Shown here one piece after another: positions 25,853 through 35,334 of a DNA stretch of 64,000 nucleotides. Each line of letters opens with the position of its first letter. Position 1 is the first letter of the stretch. The stretch comes from Chitinophagales bacterium (lineage in GTDB: Bacteria > Bacteroidota > Bacteroidia > Chitinophagales > UBA10324). The stretch is taken from positions 1,004 to 65,003 of the forward strand of contig JANWXQ010000020.1 in assembly GCA_025057275.1 (NCBI GenBank), in the 5' to 3' direction. A program made the position numbers and the translations under genes. The notes under the pieces were generated by a model. That model had not been told where the DNA came from. It was given only the letters and a program-made list of their open reading frames with translations, and searched no databases.

Positions 25853-28800
25853 ATGAACACCTGCCTGTTCCGTTATGTCTTTAAGGATGTGCAGCGATTA
25901 GCTAATGGCTGCAAGTTCATTCTGTGGCTGGTGTTGAGTGCGCTGTGGATTCAGGCTGTTCGGGCACAAAGCCTGCCTGCCCTGGGCTGGACCTTATGCC
26001 AACCGGCTGCTTCTGTTCGCTCGGTGGCTGCAGCGGAGGCCGGCTATTTCATCAGCGCCCGGCTGAACCTGGAATGCAACCTGCCCACCTCGTTTTCATT
26101 AGTAAAACACAGCTACGACGGAGCCGTCTGGTGGACCCGCACTTTTTCCGATCCGCAAAAAGACCTTATCATCCTTTCGGTTGACTGCTTTGCCGATGGC
26201 TCTGTTGTGGCCGTTGCCTACGAAAGTTTGCCGGGCGATTCCTGCTACTACCTGATTATGAAAACCAATCCGCAGGGTGATACGTTGTGGACTCGAAGGA
26301 TCTTTTTCGCCGCTTCCGGAAGCCCTCCTGCTGCGGAAATTATTGCCTTATCCGACGGCGGCATTCTGCTTGCCGGCACCGCCCTGACCGACAATCAATG
26401 GGATGTGCTTCTGTTGCGGTGGGATGGTTCGGGCAACCTGTTGTGGCAGAAAATCTATGGCGGCACAGAGGACGACTACGCCACCGGCGTTGCAGAAGCT
26501 GCTGATGGCTTTTATGTAACGGCAACTACCGCTTCAGCCGATGGCGACGTCAGCGGCCAGCATGGACTTACGGATGTATGGGTCATTAAAACGGATGGGG
26601 CCGGAACAATAGTCTGGAAAAAATGCTTTGGCGGCTCGGGTTACGACCAGTCGCGCACCATCCGCCCCCTTTCCGATGGCAATTGGATCCTATGTTGCAA
26701 CAGCACGTCCAACGACGGCGACGTCAGTGGCCATCACGGCAGTGCGGTCTGGTACGATTACTGGATCGTGAAAATGTCACCTTCCGGCACCTTGCTGTGG
26801 CAGAAAAGTCTGGGGGGGTCGCACTACGATCTGGCTGCTGCTGCAGCTCCGGTTAACGACACCACCCTTGTGGTAGCCGGTTCATCGTATTCCACCGACG
26901 GCGACGTTCAGGATCATTACGGCAGTCAATGGTATGCAGATTTCTGGATAGCAGCCTTAAACCTGAACGGTTCCCTATTGTGGTCAAAGAGCTACGGAGG
27001 CACCAGTTACGACATTGCTGCTTCCATGACGGTGCTTGATGGTGGCTGGGTAATAACTGCTGGCAACACACTCAGCACCGACGGCAATGTGGGCACCGGT
27101 TGCGTTAAGGACAGCTGCTACCAGATGCCCGCTGGGTGGTTGGTCAAATTCCATGCGCAATGCGCTTCACCACCAATCAGCATTTTTTCCTATACCAATC
27201 AGGGACCTTCGCTGATAAAGTTCCTCAACGGCAGCCAAAATGCTGCTTCCTATTTGTGGGATTTTGGCGACGGTACCACCGGTACAGGAAAAAATCCGCT
27301 TCATCAGTACTACATCAATCAAAACGTTGCTGTCTGCCTGACCGCAAGTAATGCCTGTACATACGACCTCAGTTGTCAGTTGGTGAGCACCTGCTCGGCA
27401 CTGCAGCCTGACTTTACCGTTCAAACTTCAGGGCTCACGGTAACCTTTCAGCAGAACACCCCAATGCTTGCCTCGGCGGAATGGTCTTTTGGAGACGGAA
27501 ACACTTCTAACGCCTTACAGCCGGTGCACACGTATCTGTCGCCCGGTAATTACCCGGTTACGCTTACAGCTTATGATTCCTGCGGTAAGGCCTACTCCGT
27601 CGTCAAAACGATAAGCACGTGCAATGCCCTGCAGGCAGCATTCAGCTACAGCAGCGATAACAATCAGGTGGCTTTTCAGGATTTGTCGCAGGGAAATCCG
27701 AACACCTGGCTCTGGTCGTTTGGTGATGGGAATTCGTCCGTCGCACAACATCCGGTTCACACTTACAGCACGGGTACGGCATTTACCGTTTGCCTTACGG
27801 TAGGCCATACCAACTGCCCGGACATCACTTCCACCACCTGCCAGCAGATCGGCACCTGCGCCTCTTCCGCAAGTGCCGGTTTCTCCGTTTCTTCACACGA
27901 CAATAAAATCACCTTCTCCAACCAGTCTTCCAATGCATTCGGTTATTTCTGGGATTTTGGCGACGGTTCTTATTCCAGCGATGCCAATCCGGTTCATGAC
28001 TACCCGCCTGGTCTGGGCATTTACAATGCCTGCCTGGTGGCCTACGACAGCTGTGGTTCCGATACCTTCTGCACCAAACTCTATATGGGATTAGGACCGG
28101 TTACCGCCAACTTCCTTTATACCGTTTTCGGCCTCAATGTGGTGTTTACCAACATTTCTACCAATGCCGTTAGCTACTTCTGGGACTTCGGCGACGGCAA
28201 CACATCCACAGTGATGCATCCGTTTCATACCTATGCTGCTGACGGGGTGTACAACGTTTGTCTGATCGCGTGGGATGTTTTGGGAAATACCGATACGTTC
28301 TGTCAGAATGTGTCCACCTGTCTGGATATTGAGCCCGACTTTTCCTATACGGCCAGCGACCTGACGGTTTCTTTCAACGACCTGACCACTGGTTCCGTTC
28401 AGTGGCTATGGGATTTCGGCGATGGCATCTTTTCTTCTTTTCAGCATCCCACGCATACCTATGCGGCAAACGGCACCTATACGGTTTGTCTGATTGCCAC
28501 CAATGCCTGTGGCCTATCGGATACTTTGTGTAAAACCATTAAGGTTTGCAGTCAGCTGAACTCCCAGTTTAATTACTCCACCGACTACCTCAACGTGCAG
28601 TTTACTGATCAGACCTCCGGCAGCACTTCCTGGTTCTGGGCTTTCGGCAACGGCGGATACTCTTTCCTTCAGAACCCTTCAGTCAGCTACAATGCGGCAG
28701 GAACCTATAACGTTTGCCTGACCACCAGCAATGTCTGTGGCAAATACCACACGACCTGCCAACCGGTTACCGTTTGCGCACCGGTGGTAGCTGCCTTTAA

Positions 28801-30418
28801 CTGGTCAGCAAACTTTTTGACCGTCAGTTTCAGCAATCAGACTCCGGCCACCACCCAATGGCAATGGTCGTTTGGCGACGGTAACAGCAGCAGCCTGGAA
28901 AATCCCACCCACACCTACAATGCCAACGGCACCTATACGGTTACCCTCATTGCCACAAACCTCTGTGGCTATTCCGATACCGTGCAAAAAACCATCACGG
29001 TTTGCGCGCCACTTACTGCCTCGTTCAGCGAACAGGCTAACCTGCTCACCGTCTCTTTTACCCCTGCTGCGCCAAATGCCGTTTCTTATGTCTGGTATCT
29101 GGGCGATGGTACCATCTCCTTCGCCTCTCAGCCTACCCATACGTACAGTGCTCCGGGCAACTACGCCGTTTGTCTGGTGGTTTCCGATCTGTGCAACAAC
29201 GCTTTTCAGTATTGCAAAACCATCACCGTATGCACCACGCTTAATGCAGCTTTCAGCGCCTCATCGTTTTATCTGACCACCTTCTTTACGGATCTTTCCG
29301 ATTATCCCGTCAGCTGGAACTGGACTTTCGGCGACGGCAACAGCTCATCAACAAAAAACCCTATGCATACGTACGGCGCCAATGGCGTGTACACGGCCTG
29401 CCTGGTGGCTACCGATGCCTGCGGAAAACAGGACACGGCTTGCCAGCAGATCACCGTATGCAGCCCGATCACGGCATCTTTTTCCTACGTGGAAAATTAT
29501 CTGGAAGTGGCTTTTACGTCAGCCACTCCCACTGCCGTGGCCTGGTTTTGGGATTTCGGCGATGGAATGACTTCCAGCCTCAGCCATCCCGTTCACACCT
29601 ATGAAGAAAATGGCACATACGATGTTTGTTTGGTGGTTACCGACCTGTGCGGCCGCAAAGACACGATGTGCCAGCAAATCACCGTTTGCGCTCCGCTGGC
29701 CGCCGGATTTTCCTGGACTGCAAACCTGCTTACCGTTAAGTTCACCAACCTGACCCCGAACACGTTGCAATGGTTCTGGGATTTCGGAGACGGAAACATC
29801 AGCACTCTGGAAAATCCCGTGCATACCTTCCCCGCCATGGGTGCTTACCCGGTGTGCCTGATCGTTTTTGACCTTTGCACGTCGGACACCATTTGCCAGG
29901 AAGTGCTCATCACCTGTCCGCCGTTTGCTGCCGGATTTACCTATCAGATCAGCAACTTTACCGTCAGCTTTTTCGATCAAAGTGCCAACAGCATCGGGTG
30001 GCAATGGGATTTCGGTGATGGCAGCAGTTCCACCCAGAAAAATCCCGTTCACACCTATGCCGATACCGGCCAGTACACCGTATGCCTGGTCAGCCGCGAC
30101 AGTTGCTCGTCCGACACGTTATGCAAAACGCTAACTATTCTGCTCAGCGGTTCCGCACCGGTTGGATCTGTTGGTGATCTGTTGCTGTTTCCTAACCCTG
30201 CTTCCGATGTGGCTTATGTGCAGTGGACAGGTGAAAAACCTGCGCAGGCAGCTTTGTTTGTTTATGATGCTGTCGGTCGTTGCCTGCTGAATCGCCAATC
30301 GGCAGAAGGGGCGGCGCTGTCCTTTACCCTGCCCGTCAGTCAGTGGCCTCCGGGCGCCTACCTGGTAGTCGTGCAGGTGGGCAACCAGCAATGGCTGCGC
30401 AAGCTGATTGTACCGTGA
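25853..30418 (+). CDS. giant secreted protein: repeat head + 13 PKD domains + type A T9SS C-terminal domain (paralog 3)
   Basis: The track ORF starts at a TTG at 25823, and I prefer the ATG at 25853 (MNTCLF..). Signal peptide FILWLVLSALWIQAVRA. Seven head repeats and 13 PKD units. The C-terminus is LFPNPASDVAYVQW...GAYLVVV. Confidence 0.85.
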   Translation: MNTCLFRYVFKDVQRLANGCKFILWLVLSALWIQAVRAQSLPALGWTLCQPAASVRSVAAAEAGYFISARLNLECNLPTSFSLVKHSYDGAVWWTRTFSDPQKDLIILSVDCFADGSVVAVAYESLPGDSCYYLIMKTNPQGDTLWTRRIFFAASGSPPAAEIIALSDGGILLAGTALTDNQWDVLLLRWDGSGNLLWQKIYGGTEDDYATGVAEAADGFYVTATTASADGDVSGQHGLTDVWVIKTDGAGTIVWKKCFGGSGYDQSRTIRPLSDGNWILCCNSTSNDGDVSGHHGSAVWYDYWIVKMSPSGTLLWQKSLGGSHYDLAAAAAPVNDTTLVVAGSSYSTDGDVQDHYGSQWYADFWIAALNLNGSLLWSKSYGGTSYDIAASMTVLDGGWVITAGNTLSTDGNVGTGCVKDSCYQMPAGWLVKFHAQCASPPISIFSYTNQGPSLIKFLNGSQNAASYLWDFGDGTTGTGKNPLHQYYINQNVAVCLTASNACTYDLSCQLVSTCSALQPDFTVQTSGLTVTFQQNTPMLASAEWSFGDGNTSNALQPVHTYLSPGNYPVTLTAYDSCGKAYSVVKTISTCNALQAAFSYSSDNNQVAFQDLSQGNPNTWLWSFGDGNSSVAQHPVHTYSTGTAFTVCLTVGHTNCPDITSTTCQQIGTCASSASAGFSVSSHDNKITFSNQSSNAFGYFWDFGDGSYSSDANPVHDYPPGLGIYNACLVAYDSCGSDTFCTKLYMGLGPVTANFLYTVFGLNVVFTNISTNAVSYFWDFGDGNTSTVMHPFHTYAADGVYNVCLIAWDVLGNTDTFCQNVSTCLDIEPDFSYTASDLTVSFNDLTTGSVQWLWDFGDGIFSSFQHPTHTYAANGTYTVCLIATNACGLSDTLCKTIKVCSQLNSQFNYSTDYLNVQFTDQTSGSTSWFWAFGNGGYSFLQNPSVSYNAAGTYNVCLTTSNVCGKYHTTCQPVTVCAPVVAAFNWSANFLTVSFSNQTPATTQWQWSFGDGNSSSLENPTHTYNANGTYTVTLIATNLCGYSDTVQKTITVCAPLTASFSEQANLLTVSFTPAAPNAVSYVWYLGDGTISFASQPTHTYSAPGNYAVCLVVSDLCNNAFQYCKTITVCTTLNAAFSASSFYLTTFFTDLSDYPVSWNWTFGDGNSSSTKNPMHTYGANGVYTACLVATDACGKQDTACQQITVCSPITASFSYVENYLEVAFTSATPTAVAWFWDFGDGMTSSLSHPVHTYEENGTYDVCLVVTDLCGRKDTMCQQITVCAPLAAGFSWTANLLTVKFTNLTPNTLQWFWDFGDGNISTLENPVHTFPAMGAYPVCLIVFDLCTSDTICQEVLITCPPFAAGFTYQISNFTVSFFDQSANSIGWQWDFGDGSSSTQKNPVHTYADTGQYTVCLVSRDSCSSDTLCKTLTILLSGSAPVGSVGDLLLFPNPASDVAYVQWTGEKPAQAALFVYDAVGRCLLNRQSAEGAALSFTLPVSQWPPGAYLVVVQVGNQQWLRKLIVP
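27161..30139 (+). repeat. array of 13 tandem PKD-domain coding repeats
   Basis: Thirteen (W/Y)xW.(F/L)G(D/N)G cores were counted. Units 8-12 (about 28775-29917) resemble each other most. Confidence 0.8.
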
Positions 30419-30427
30419 GCGCCATGC

Positions 30428-31975
30428 TCAGGCCAGCCACTGCCGCCAATCCAGCTTTTCCTGAATGATTTGTTCTACTCCCCTCACCGATATGCGGTCC
30501 TGATGCAGCGTATCCCGATAGCGTAAGGTTACCGTTTCGTCGCTGAGGGTCTGCTGGTCTATTGTTAAAGCGAAAGGAGTGCCTATGGCATCCTGCCGGC
30601 GGTAGCGCCGTCCGATGGTATCTTTTTCTTCATAATAGCAGCGGCAGAACATCTTCAGGCGGTCGAAAATTTTGCGGGCCGCTTCCGGCAAACCGTCGCG
30701 CGCCACCAGCGGCAAAACAGCCACCTTCACAGGTGCCAGAACCGAAGGCAACCTGAGCACCACGCGGCTGGACGATTCTTCGGCATCTGCTTTGGGCACC
30801 TGTTCTTCGGCATAGGAAGCGCTGAGTACAGCCAGCACCATGCGGTCCAGACCGATAGAGGTTTCCACCACATAGGGCACATAGCTGCTGCCCAGATCGG
30901 GATCAAAGTACTGGAGCTTTTTTCCCGAAAACTTCTGATGATTTCCCAGGTCGTAATCGCCCCGGGAGTGAATGCCTTCCAGCTCCTTGAAGCCAAACGG
31001 AAAGCGAAACTCAATATCGCAGGCTGCCTTGGCATAATGCGCCAGCTTCAGGTGGTCTTTGAAGCGGTACGCATCCGGGTCAAAACCGAGCCGGCGGTGC
31101 CAGTCCATCCGGCGCTGCTTCCAGGTTTCGTACCATTCGGTTTCCGTTCCGGGCCGAACAAAAAACTGCATTTCCATCTGCTCAAACTCCCGCATGCGGA
31201 AGATGAACTGCCGCGCAACGATTTCGTTGCGAAAAGCCTTGCCCACCTGTGCAATGCCGAACGGAATTTTCTGCCGCGAGGTTTTTTGTACATTAAGAAA
31301 ATTTACATATATACCTTGTGCCGTTTCCGGTCTCAGATAAATGGTATCGCTTTCGCCTGATACCGCTCCCAGTTGGGTGGCAAACATCAGGTTGAACTGA
31401 CGAACTTCCGTCCAGTTGCGCGTGCCGCTTTCCGGATCTGCAATGCCGCAGTCGTCAATGAGGCGACGCAGGCCTTCCAGATCATTGGTTTCCAGCGCCT
31501 CCTGTAACCGCCGGCGCACGTCATTCATCTGTTGCTCCAGTTGCTGCAGCCGTTCGTTGGTCTGGCGAAACATGTGCTCATTGAAGCGATCGCCGAACCG
31601 CTTGCGCGCCCGCTCAATTTCCTTTCCTGCTTTTTCTTCCAGCCGCGCCAGATAGTCTTCCACCAGCGTGTCGGCCCGGTACCGCTTTTTGGAATCGCGG
31701 TTGTCTATCAGCGGATCCTGAAAGGCATCCACATGACCACTGGCCTTCCACACCGTTGGGTGCATGAAAATGGCTGCATCAATGCCGACAATGTTTTCGT
31801 GCATTTGCACCATGCTGCGCCACCAGTACTCGCGGATGTTGTTCTTCAGTTCCACTCCGTTGTGGCCGTAATCGTACACAGCACCCAGACCATCGTAGAT
31901 CTCGCTGGACGGAAACACAAAACCGTACTCTTTACAATGGGCCACCAGCTCGCGGAACCGATCGTTGGATACCAT
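30428..31975 (-). CDS. glyQS: glycine--tRNA ligase (homodimeric class II)
   Basis: 515 aa. N-terminus FRELVAHCKEYGFVFPSSEIYDGL, then YLRPETAQG, FRNE and GLDR motifs. Confidence 0.95.
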   Translation of the reverse strand: MVSNDRFRELVAHCKEYGFVFPSSEIYDGLGAVYDYGHNGVELKNNIREYWWRSMVQMHENIVGIDAAIFMHPTVWKASGHVDAFQDPLIDNRDSKKRYRADTLVEDYLARLEEKAGKEIERARKRFGDRFNEHMFRQTNERLQQLEQQMNDVRRRLQEALETNDLEGLRRLIDDCGIADPESGTRNWTEVRQFNLMFATQLGAVSGESDTIYLRPETAQGIYVNFLNVQKTSRQKIPFGIAQVGKAFRNEIVARQFIFRMREFEQMEMQFFVRPGTETEWYETWKQRRMDWHRRLGFDPDAYRFKDHLKLAHYAKAACDIEFRFPFGFKELEGIHSRGDYDLGNHQKFSGKKLQYFDPDLGSSYVPYVVETSIGLDRMVLAVLSASYAEEQVPKADAEESSSRVVLRLPSVLAPVKVAVLPLVARDGLPEAARKIFDRLKMFCRCYYEEKDTIGRRYRRQDAIGTPFALTIDQQTLSDETVTLRYRDTLHQDRISVRGVEQIIQEKLDWRQWLA

Positions 31976-32056
31976 GCTGCGGTAGAAAAGTAGCCCGCAA
32001 ATATAACGAGCGACTCTTGGGCTGGGGGTTAAAGACTACAGCCTACTTTCGCCGCC

Positions 32057-32656
32057 ATGATCGTTATAGACAAAACCATCATTTCCGATGACGTGGTGGA
32101 AAAACCGTTCGCCTGCGAGGTTAGCCAATGCAAAGGTGCCTGTTGTGTGGAAGGCGATTCCGGTGCCCCGTTGCTGTGGGAGGAAGCGCTGACCCTGGAA
32201 ACCCTTCAGGAGTACATTCTGCCCCATCTTACTGAAGATGGACGACAGGCTATCCGCCAGTTTGGTGCCTGGCAATGGGATAGCGAAGGCGATCTGGTTA
32301 CTCCTTTGATCAATGGCGTCGGCGCCTGCGCTTATGCCATCACCGAAAACGGCATTACCCGCTGCGGCATTGAACAGGCCTGGTCGCAGGGACTGTGGAA
32401 GCATACGGCCCATGCCGGCTTTTCCAAACCGGTTTCGTGCCATCTGTATCCCGTGCGCATTACCCGCTACGATACCTACGATGCCGTGAATTACCACCGT
32501 TGGAATATCTGCGCTCCGGCCTGCACAGCCGGCCGCAATCAGGGTATTCGCCTGTTTGAATTCGTGCGGCAAGCCCTTATCCGCCGCTACGGAGAACAGT
32601 GGTACGAACAGTTGAACGGCGCTGCCGCACAACTGGCTTCGCAACCGGTTGAATAA
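32057..32656 (+). CDS. DUF3109 family protein
   Basis: 199 aa. The N-terminus IVIDKTIISDDVVEKPFACEVSQCKGACCVEGDSGAPL matches my memory of the DUF3109 signature. Confidence 0.7.
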   Translation: MIVIDKTIISDDVVEKPFACEVSQCKGACCVEGDSGAPLLWEEALTLETLQEYILPHLTEDGRQAIRQFGAWQWDSEGDLVTPLINGVGACAYAITENGITRCGIEQAWSQGLWKHTAHAGFSKPVSCHLYPVRITRYDTYDAVNYHRWNICAPACTAGRNQGIRLFEFVRQALIRRYGEQWYEQLNGAAAQLASQPVE

Positions 32657-32686
32657 ACAGTAAAGTCAAGGGTCAAGCGTCTGTGC

Positions 32687-33172
32687 TCATCCCGGAGCCC
32701 CAGCCGGCTTTCTGGCTTGCGGCGCATCGGCCATGGCTACAAACAAAGCCAGCGAAACAATCACCAGATTTTTAATGATGTATTGTCCGATCAGATTAGG
32801 AATCAGAAACGCTTTCCAGGTGAGCTTGGGGGTCAGCAGCAGCGGAGCAAACGTGGTGATGACGTGCGGAATCAGCAGAAATAAAACCCATCGCTCCCGG
32901 CCCGGCAGCAAAAACAACACACCAATCAGGCATTCATAAGCCCCGAAAAGAAAGATGTAAATCTCCCAGGGAACAAACCGAGCCGTATGTTCGTGAATGG
33001 TATGAATCACCCCGATGCTCGGACTTAGCTCCATGATTTTCAACACGCCAAACCAGAAAAACACCGCAAAAAATGCTACCCGGGCCAGCGGCAGGCTGAT
33101 GCGATGCAGCCAGGAAAACAACTGATTCTCCCGCGCTATGCGCTGCTGATTCAGTTTACGAAACAGGTTCAT
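32687..33172 (-). CDS. hypothetical integral membrane protein
   Basis: 161 aa with four predicted TM helices. I do not recognise the family with any confidence; it is possibly DoxX/DUF417-like. Confidence 0.5.
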   Translation of the reverse strand: MNLFRKLNQQRIARENQLFSWLHRISLPLARVAFFAVFFWFGVLKIMELSPSIGVIHTIHEHTARFVPWEIYIFLFGAYECLIGVLFLLPGRERWVLFLLIPHVITTFAPLLLTPKLTWKAFLIPNLIGQYIIKNLVIVSLALFVAMADAPQARKPAGAPG

Positions 33173-33183
33173 AACTGCAAGTC

Positions 33184-34152
33184 CTAAACGTTCAGTTGGG
33201 TCGTGTGCTCAGGACGCGAGGAAGCCAAAACTGTCGGCTCCGAGGCCGATAGCGCATTCTGGTTCTGCAAAAAATCCAATGTATCCTGAACTGCTGCCTG
33301 GAGGGCTTCCGGAAGGTGTTCCGAGGTCCACGGATGTCGCCCGCCGAAGGTGTGATCAGCACCCTGAAGAATCTTTACCTGAACCCATTTGTGGTTGTAG
33401 CTGCCTATGGCTTCGGCATGCGCTACGGGAACGCTTTGGTCTTCGCTACCATGCAATACAAGCACCGGCTTGTTGATGGCTGCAACTGCGGCAGCAACAT
33501 CCAACTCCGAACGGTGCTGCTGCAGCGTTTCCCAATATTGATAATACACCGGCATCTGCTGCCCTGTTCGCTGGTTGAATTCGTACCGCACGCCATCGGC
33601 TTTCCATCGGTCAATCTGTTCCTTGGTAAACAGGGTGCCAAATCCTTTCACTGCAGCCCACGTGACCACCTTGGTGATACGTGCTTCGCGTCCGGCAAAC
33701 AGCAGGGCCAACGCTCCTCCGCGGCTGTGCCCAACCACATAAAACGGAACCTGTTCTACCTCCTGAGCTGTCCACCGGAAGTAATGCTGAACTATGTAAT
33801 TCATGACCGCTTCCGTATCCGCCAGTTCCAGCAGCGGATTGTTGCGGGCGAAAGCATCCAGGTCGGCAAATTCCGTAGGACGTTGTGGCGTAGTTCCGTT
33901 ATGCGAAAAATTAAACTTGACCAACATCAGACCGGCCTGCTGAAAAGCACGTGCCACGAGATGAAAGGGCCCCCAGTCTTTGAATCCCTTGAATCCGTGA
34001 AGGAAAAACACAACGCCAGAGGTGCGATCCGATGGCGCATACACATCCAGCAGCAGCGGCCGGCCCTGGGCACCCTGGATCAACACATTGTGCAACACCA
34101 TGCGGCTCCAAAGGTAACCGATGCGCCGGCTCCGCTGTCTGCTTTCCGACAC
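33184..34152 (-). CDS. alpha/beta hydrolase
   Basis: Nucleophile elbow GHSRGG, HG oxyanion region FFLHGFKG, and acid/His region HGSEDQSVP...GADHTF. An alternative start is the ATG at 34101 (MVLHNV..). Confidence 0.75.
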   Translation of the reverse strand: MSESRQRSRRIGYLWSRMVLHNVLIQGAQGRPLLLDVYAPSDRTSGVVFFLHGFKGFKDWGPFHLVARAFQQAGLMLVKFNFSHNGTTPQRPTEFADLDAFARNNPLLELADTEAVMNYIVQHYFRWTAQEVEQVPFYVVGHSRGGALALLFAGREARITKVVTWAAVKGFGTLFTKEQIDRWKADGVRYEFNQRTGQQMPVYYQYWETLQQHRSELDVAAAVAAINKPVLVLHGSEDQSVPVAHAEAIGSYNHKWVQVKILQGADHTFGGRHPWTSEHLPEALQAAVQDTLDFLQNQNALSASEPTVLASSRPEHTTQLNV

Positions 34153-34184
34153 CGCCGCTCTTTTTCGCCTATTTTCACCGGCGC

Positions 34185-35156
34185 ATGATTACGCTGGAAT
34201 CGTTGCGTGCGCCGATCGCCGATGAACTGCAGCAGTTCAACATCCGGTTTCGCGAATCCATGCGCAGTTCGGTAGCCCTGCTCAACGCCATTACCAGCTA
34301 CATTGTAAAATCCAAAGGCAAGCAGGTGCGCCCCATGTTTGTTCTGCTGGCGGCACGCACTGCCGGAGCCATTACTGATGCCACTTATCATGCCGCTGCC
34401 CTCGTGGAACTGTTGCACACGGCCACCCTTGTACACGATGATGTGGTGGATGATGCCACTCTGCGCCGCGGATTTTTTTCCATTAATGCATTGTGGAAAA
34501 ACAAAGCCGCCGTGCTCGTTGGCGACTATCTACTGGCCCGTGGCTTATTGCTCAGCGTGGAACATCAGCAATACCGCCTGCTGCAGCTGGTCAGCGATGC
34601 CGTCCGCGAGATGAGTGAAGGTGAACTCCTTCAGATGGAAAAAGCGCGTAACCTCCAGGTGCATGAAGAAGATTATTACCGGATCATCCGTAAAAAGACG
34701 GCGTCGCTGATTGCTGCGGCCTGTGCCAGCGGCGCAGCCTCCGCCGGCGCTTCCGATGAAGCTACCCTGCACATGAAGCAGTTTGGCGAAGCCGCAGGCA
34801 TGGCGTTCCAGATGAAAGACGATGTATTGGACTTTACCGCCGCCTTCAGCGGCAAAAAGGCAGGTATGGACCTTCGCGAAAAAAAAATTACCCTGCCCGT
34901 ACTTATCGCTCTGCAACGCGCTTCTGCCGTCCAGCGCCGCCGGATCACCACCATCATCAACGAACAGCCGGACCATGCTGCAGCACTTGATGAGCTCCAT
35001 CAACTGCTGCAAGAATTGGGTGCCATTCGGTACACGGAAAACAAAATGGAAGAATTCCGCCAAAAGGCCCTGGCGCATCTCCACTTCTTTCCGGAATCGG
35101 TTTATCGCACCACTCTGGCTGACCTGGTGGAGTTCACCATCCACCGTAATTTCTGA
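34185..35156 (+). CDS. polyprenyl diphosphate synthase (trans-IPPS, long-chain type)
   Basis: The ATG at 34185 (MITLESL..) gives 323 aa. First Asp-rich motif LVHDDVVDD, second FQMKDDVLDF. The longer track ORF from 34032 overlaps the divergent hydrolase gene. Confidence 0.9.
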   Translation: MITLESLRAPIADELQQFNIRFRESMRSSVALLNAITSYIVKSKGKQVRPMFVLLAARTAGAITDATYHAAALVELLHTATLVHDDVVDDATLRRGFFSINALWKNKAAVLVGDYLLARGLLLSVEHQQYRLLQLVSDAVREMSEGELLQMEKARNLQVHEEDYYRIIRKKTASLIAAACASGAASAGASDEATLHMKQFGEAAGMAFQMKDDVLDFTAAFSGKKAGMDLREKKITLPVLIALQRASAVQRRRITTIINEQPDHAAALDELHQLLQELGAIRYTENKMEEFRQKALAHLHFFPESVYRTTLADLVEFTIHRNF

Positions 35157-35334
35157 CGATCAGGAGCCGTTATCCCATGGCCAATAGGATGGCTATTTAT
35201 CTTACGAGTACACAGTTAATAAACGGTTTTATCCACATTTCTTAGTCCAAACAAAATTGGCGTAACCTTTACTTAACACAGGATTAATATGAAGGTCAAA
35301 GCCTGTTGAGTGCTTTGCACCCAACATTTTCATC

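Noticed and set aside
20428-30139. A regular ~225-nt periodicity with a recurring tgggatttcggcgatgg-like core, which could look like a CRISPR or other non-coding repeat array.
   Set aside because: The period is in-frame coding for PKD domains. The repeats are diverged, they are not separated by unique spacers of CRISPR size, and no cas genes are present.
30416-30430. A short hairpin (TGAGC-GCCAT-GCTCA) between the convergent PKD paralog 3 and glyQS stops, considered as a bidirectional terminator.
   Set aside because: The stem is only 5 bp with no flanking T-run on either strand, so it is too weak to call.
33316-34188. A 290-aa plus-strand ORF opposite the alpha/beta hydrolase. Similar antisense ORFs occur at 56434..57126, 58687..59679 and 62378..63046.
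   Set aside because: All are mirror-frame ORFs inside genes that carry clear catalytic motifs (GHSRGG hydrolase, lpdA, ftsK, rnz). None has motifs of its own.
35157-35334. Riboswitch (cobalamin or TPP) or Fur-type box upstream of the TonB-dependent receptor.
   Set aside because: The spacer is AT-rich with no B12-box (GCCACTG-like) or THI-box core, and I could fold no extended conserved-looking structure by eye.
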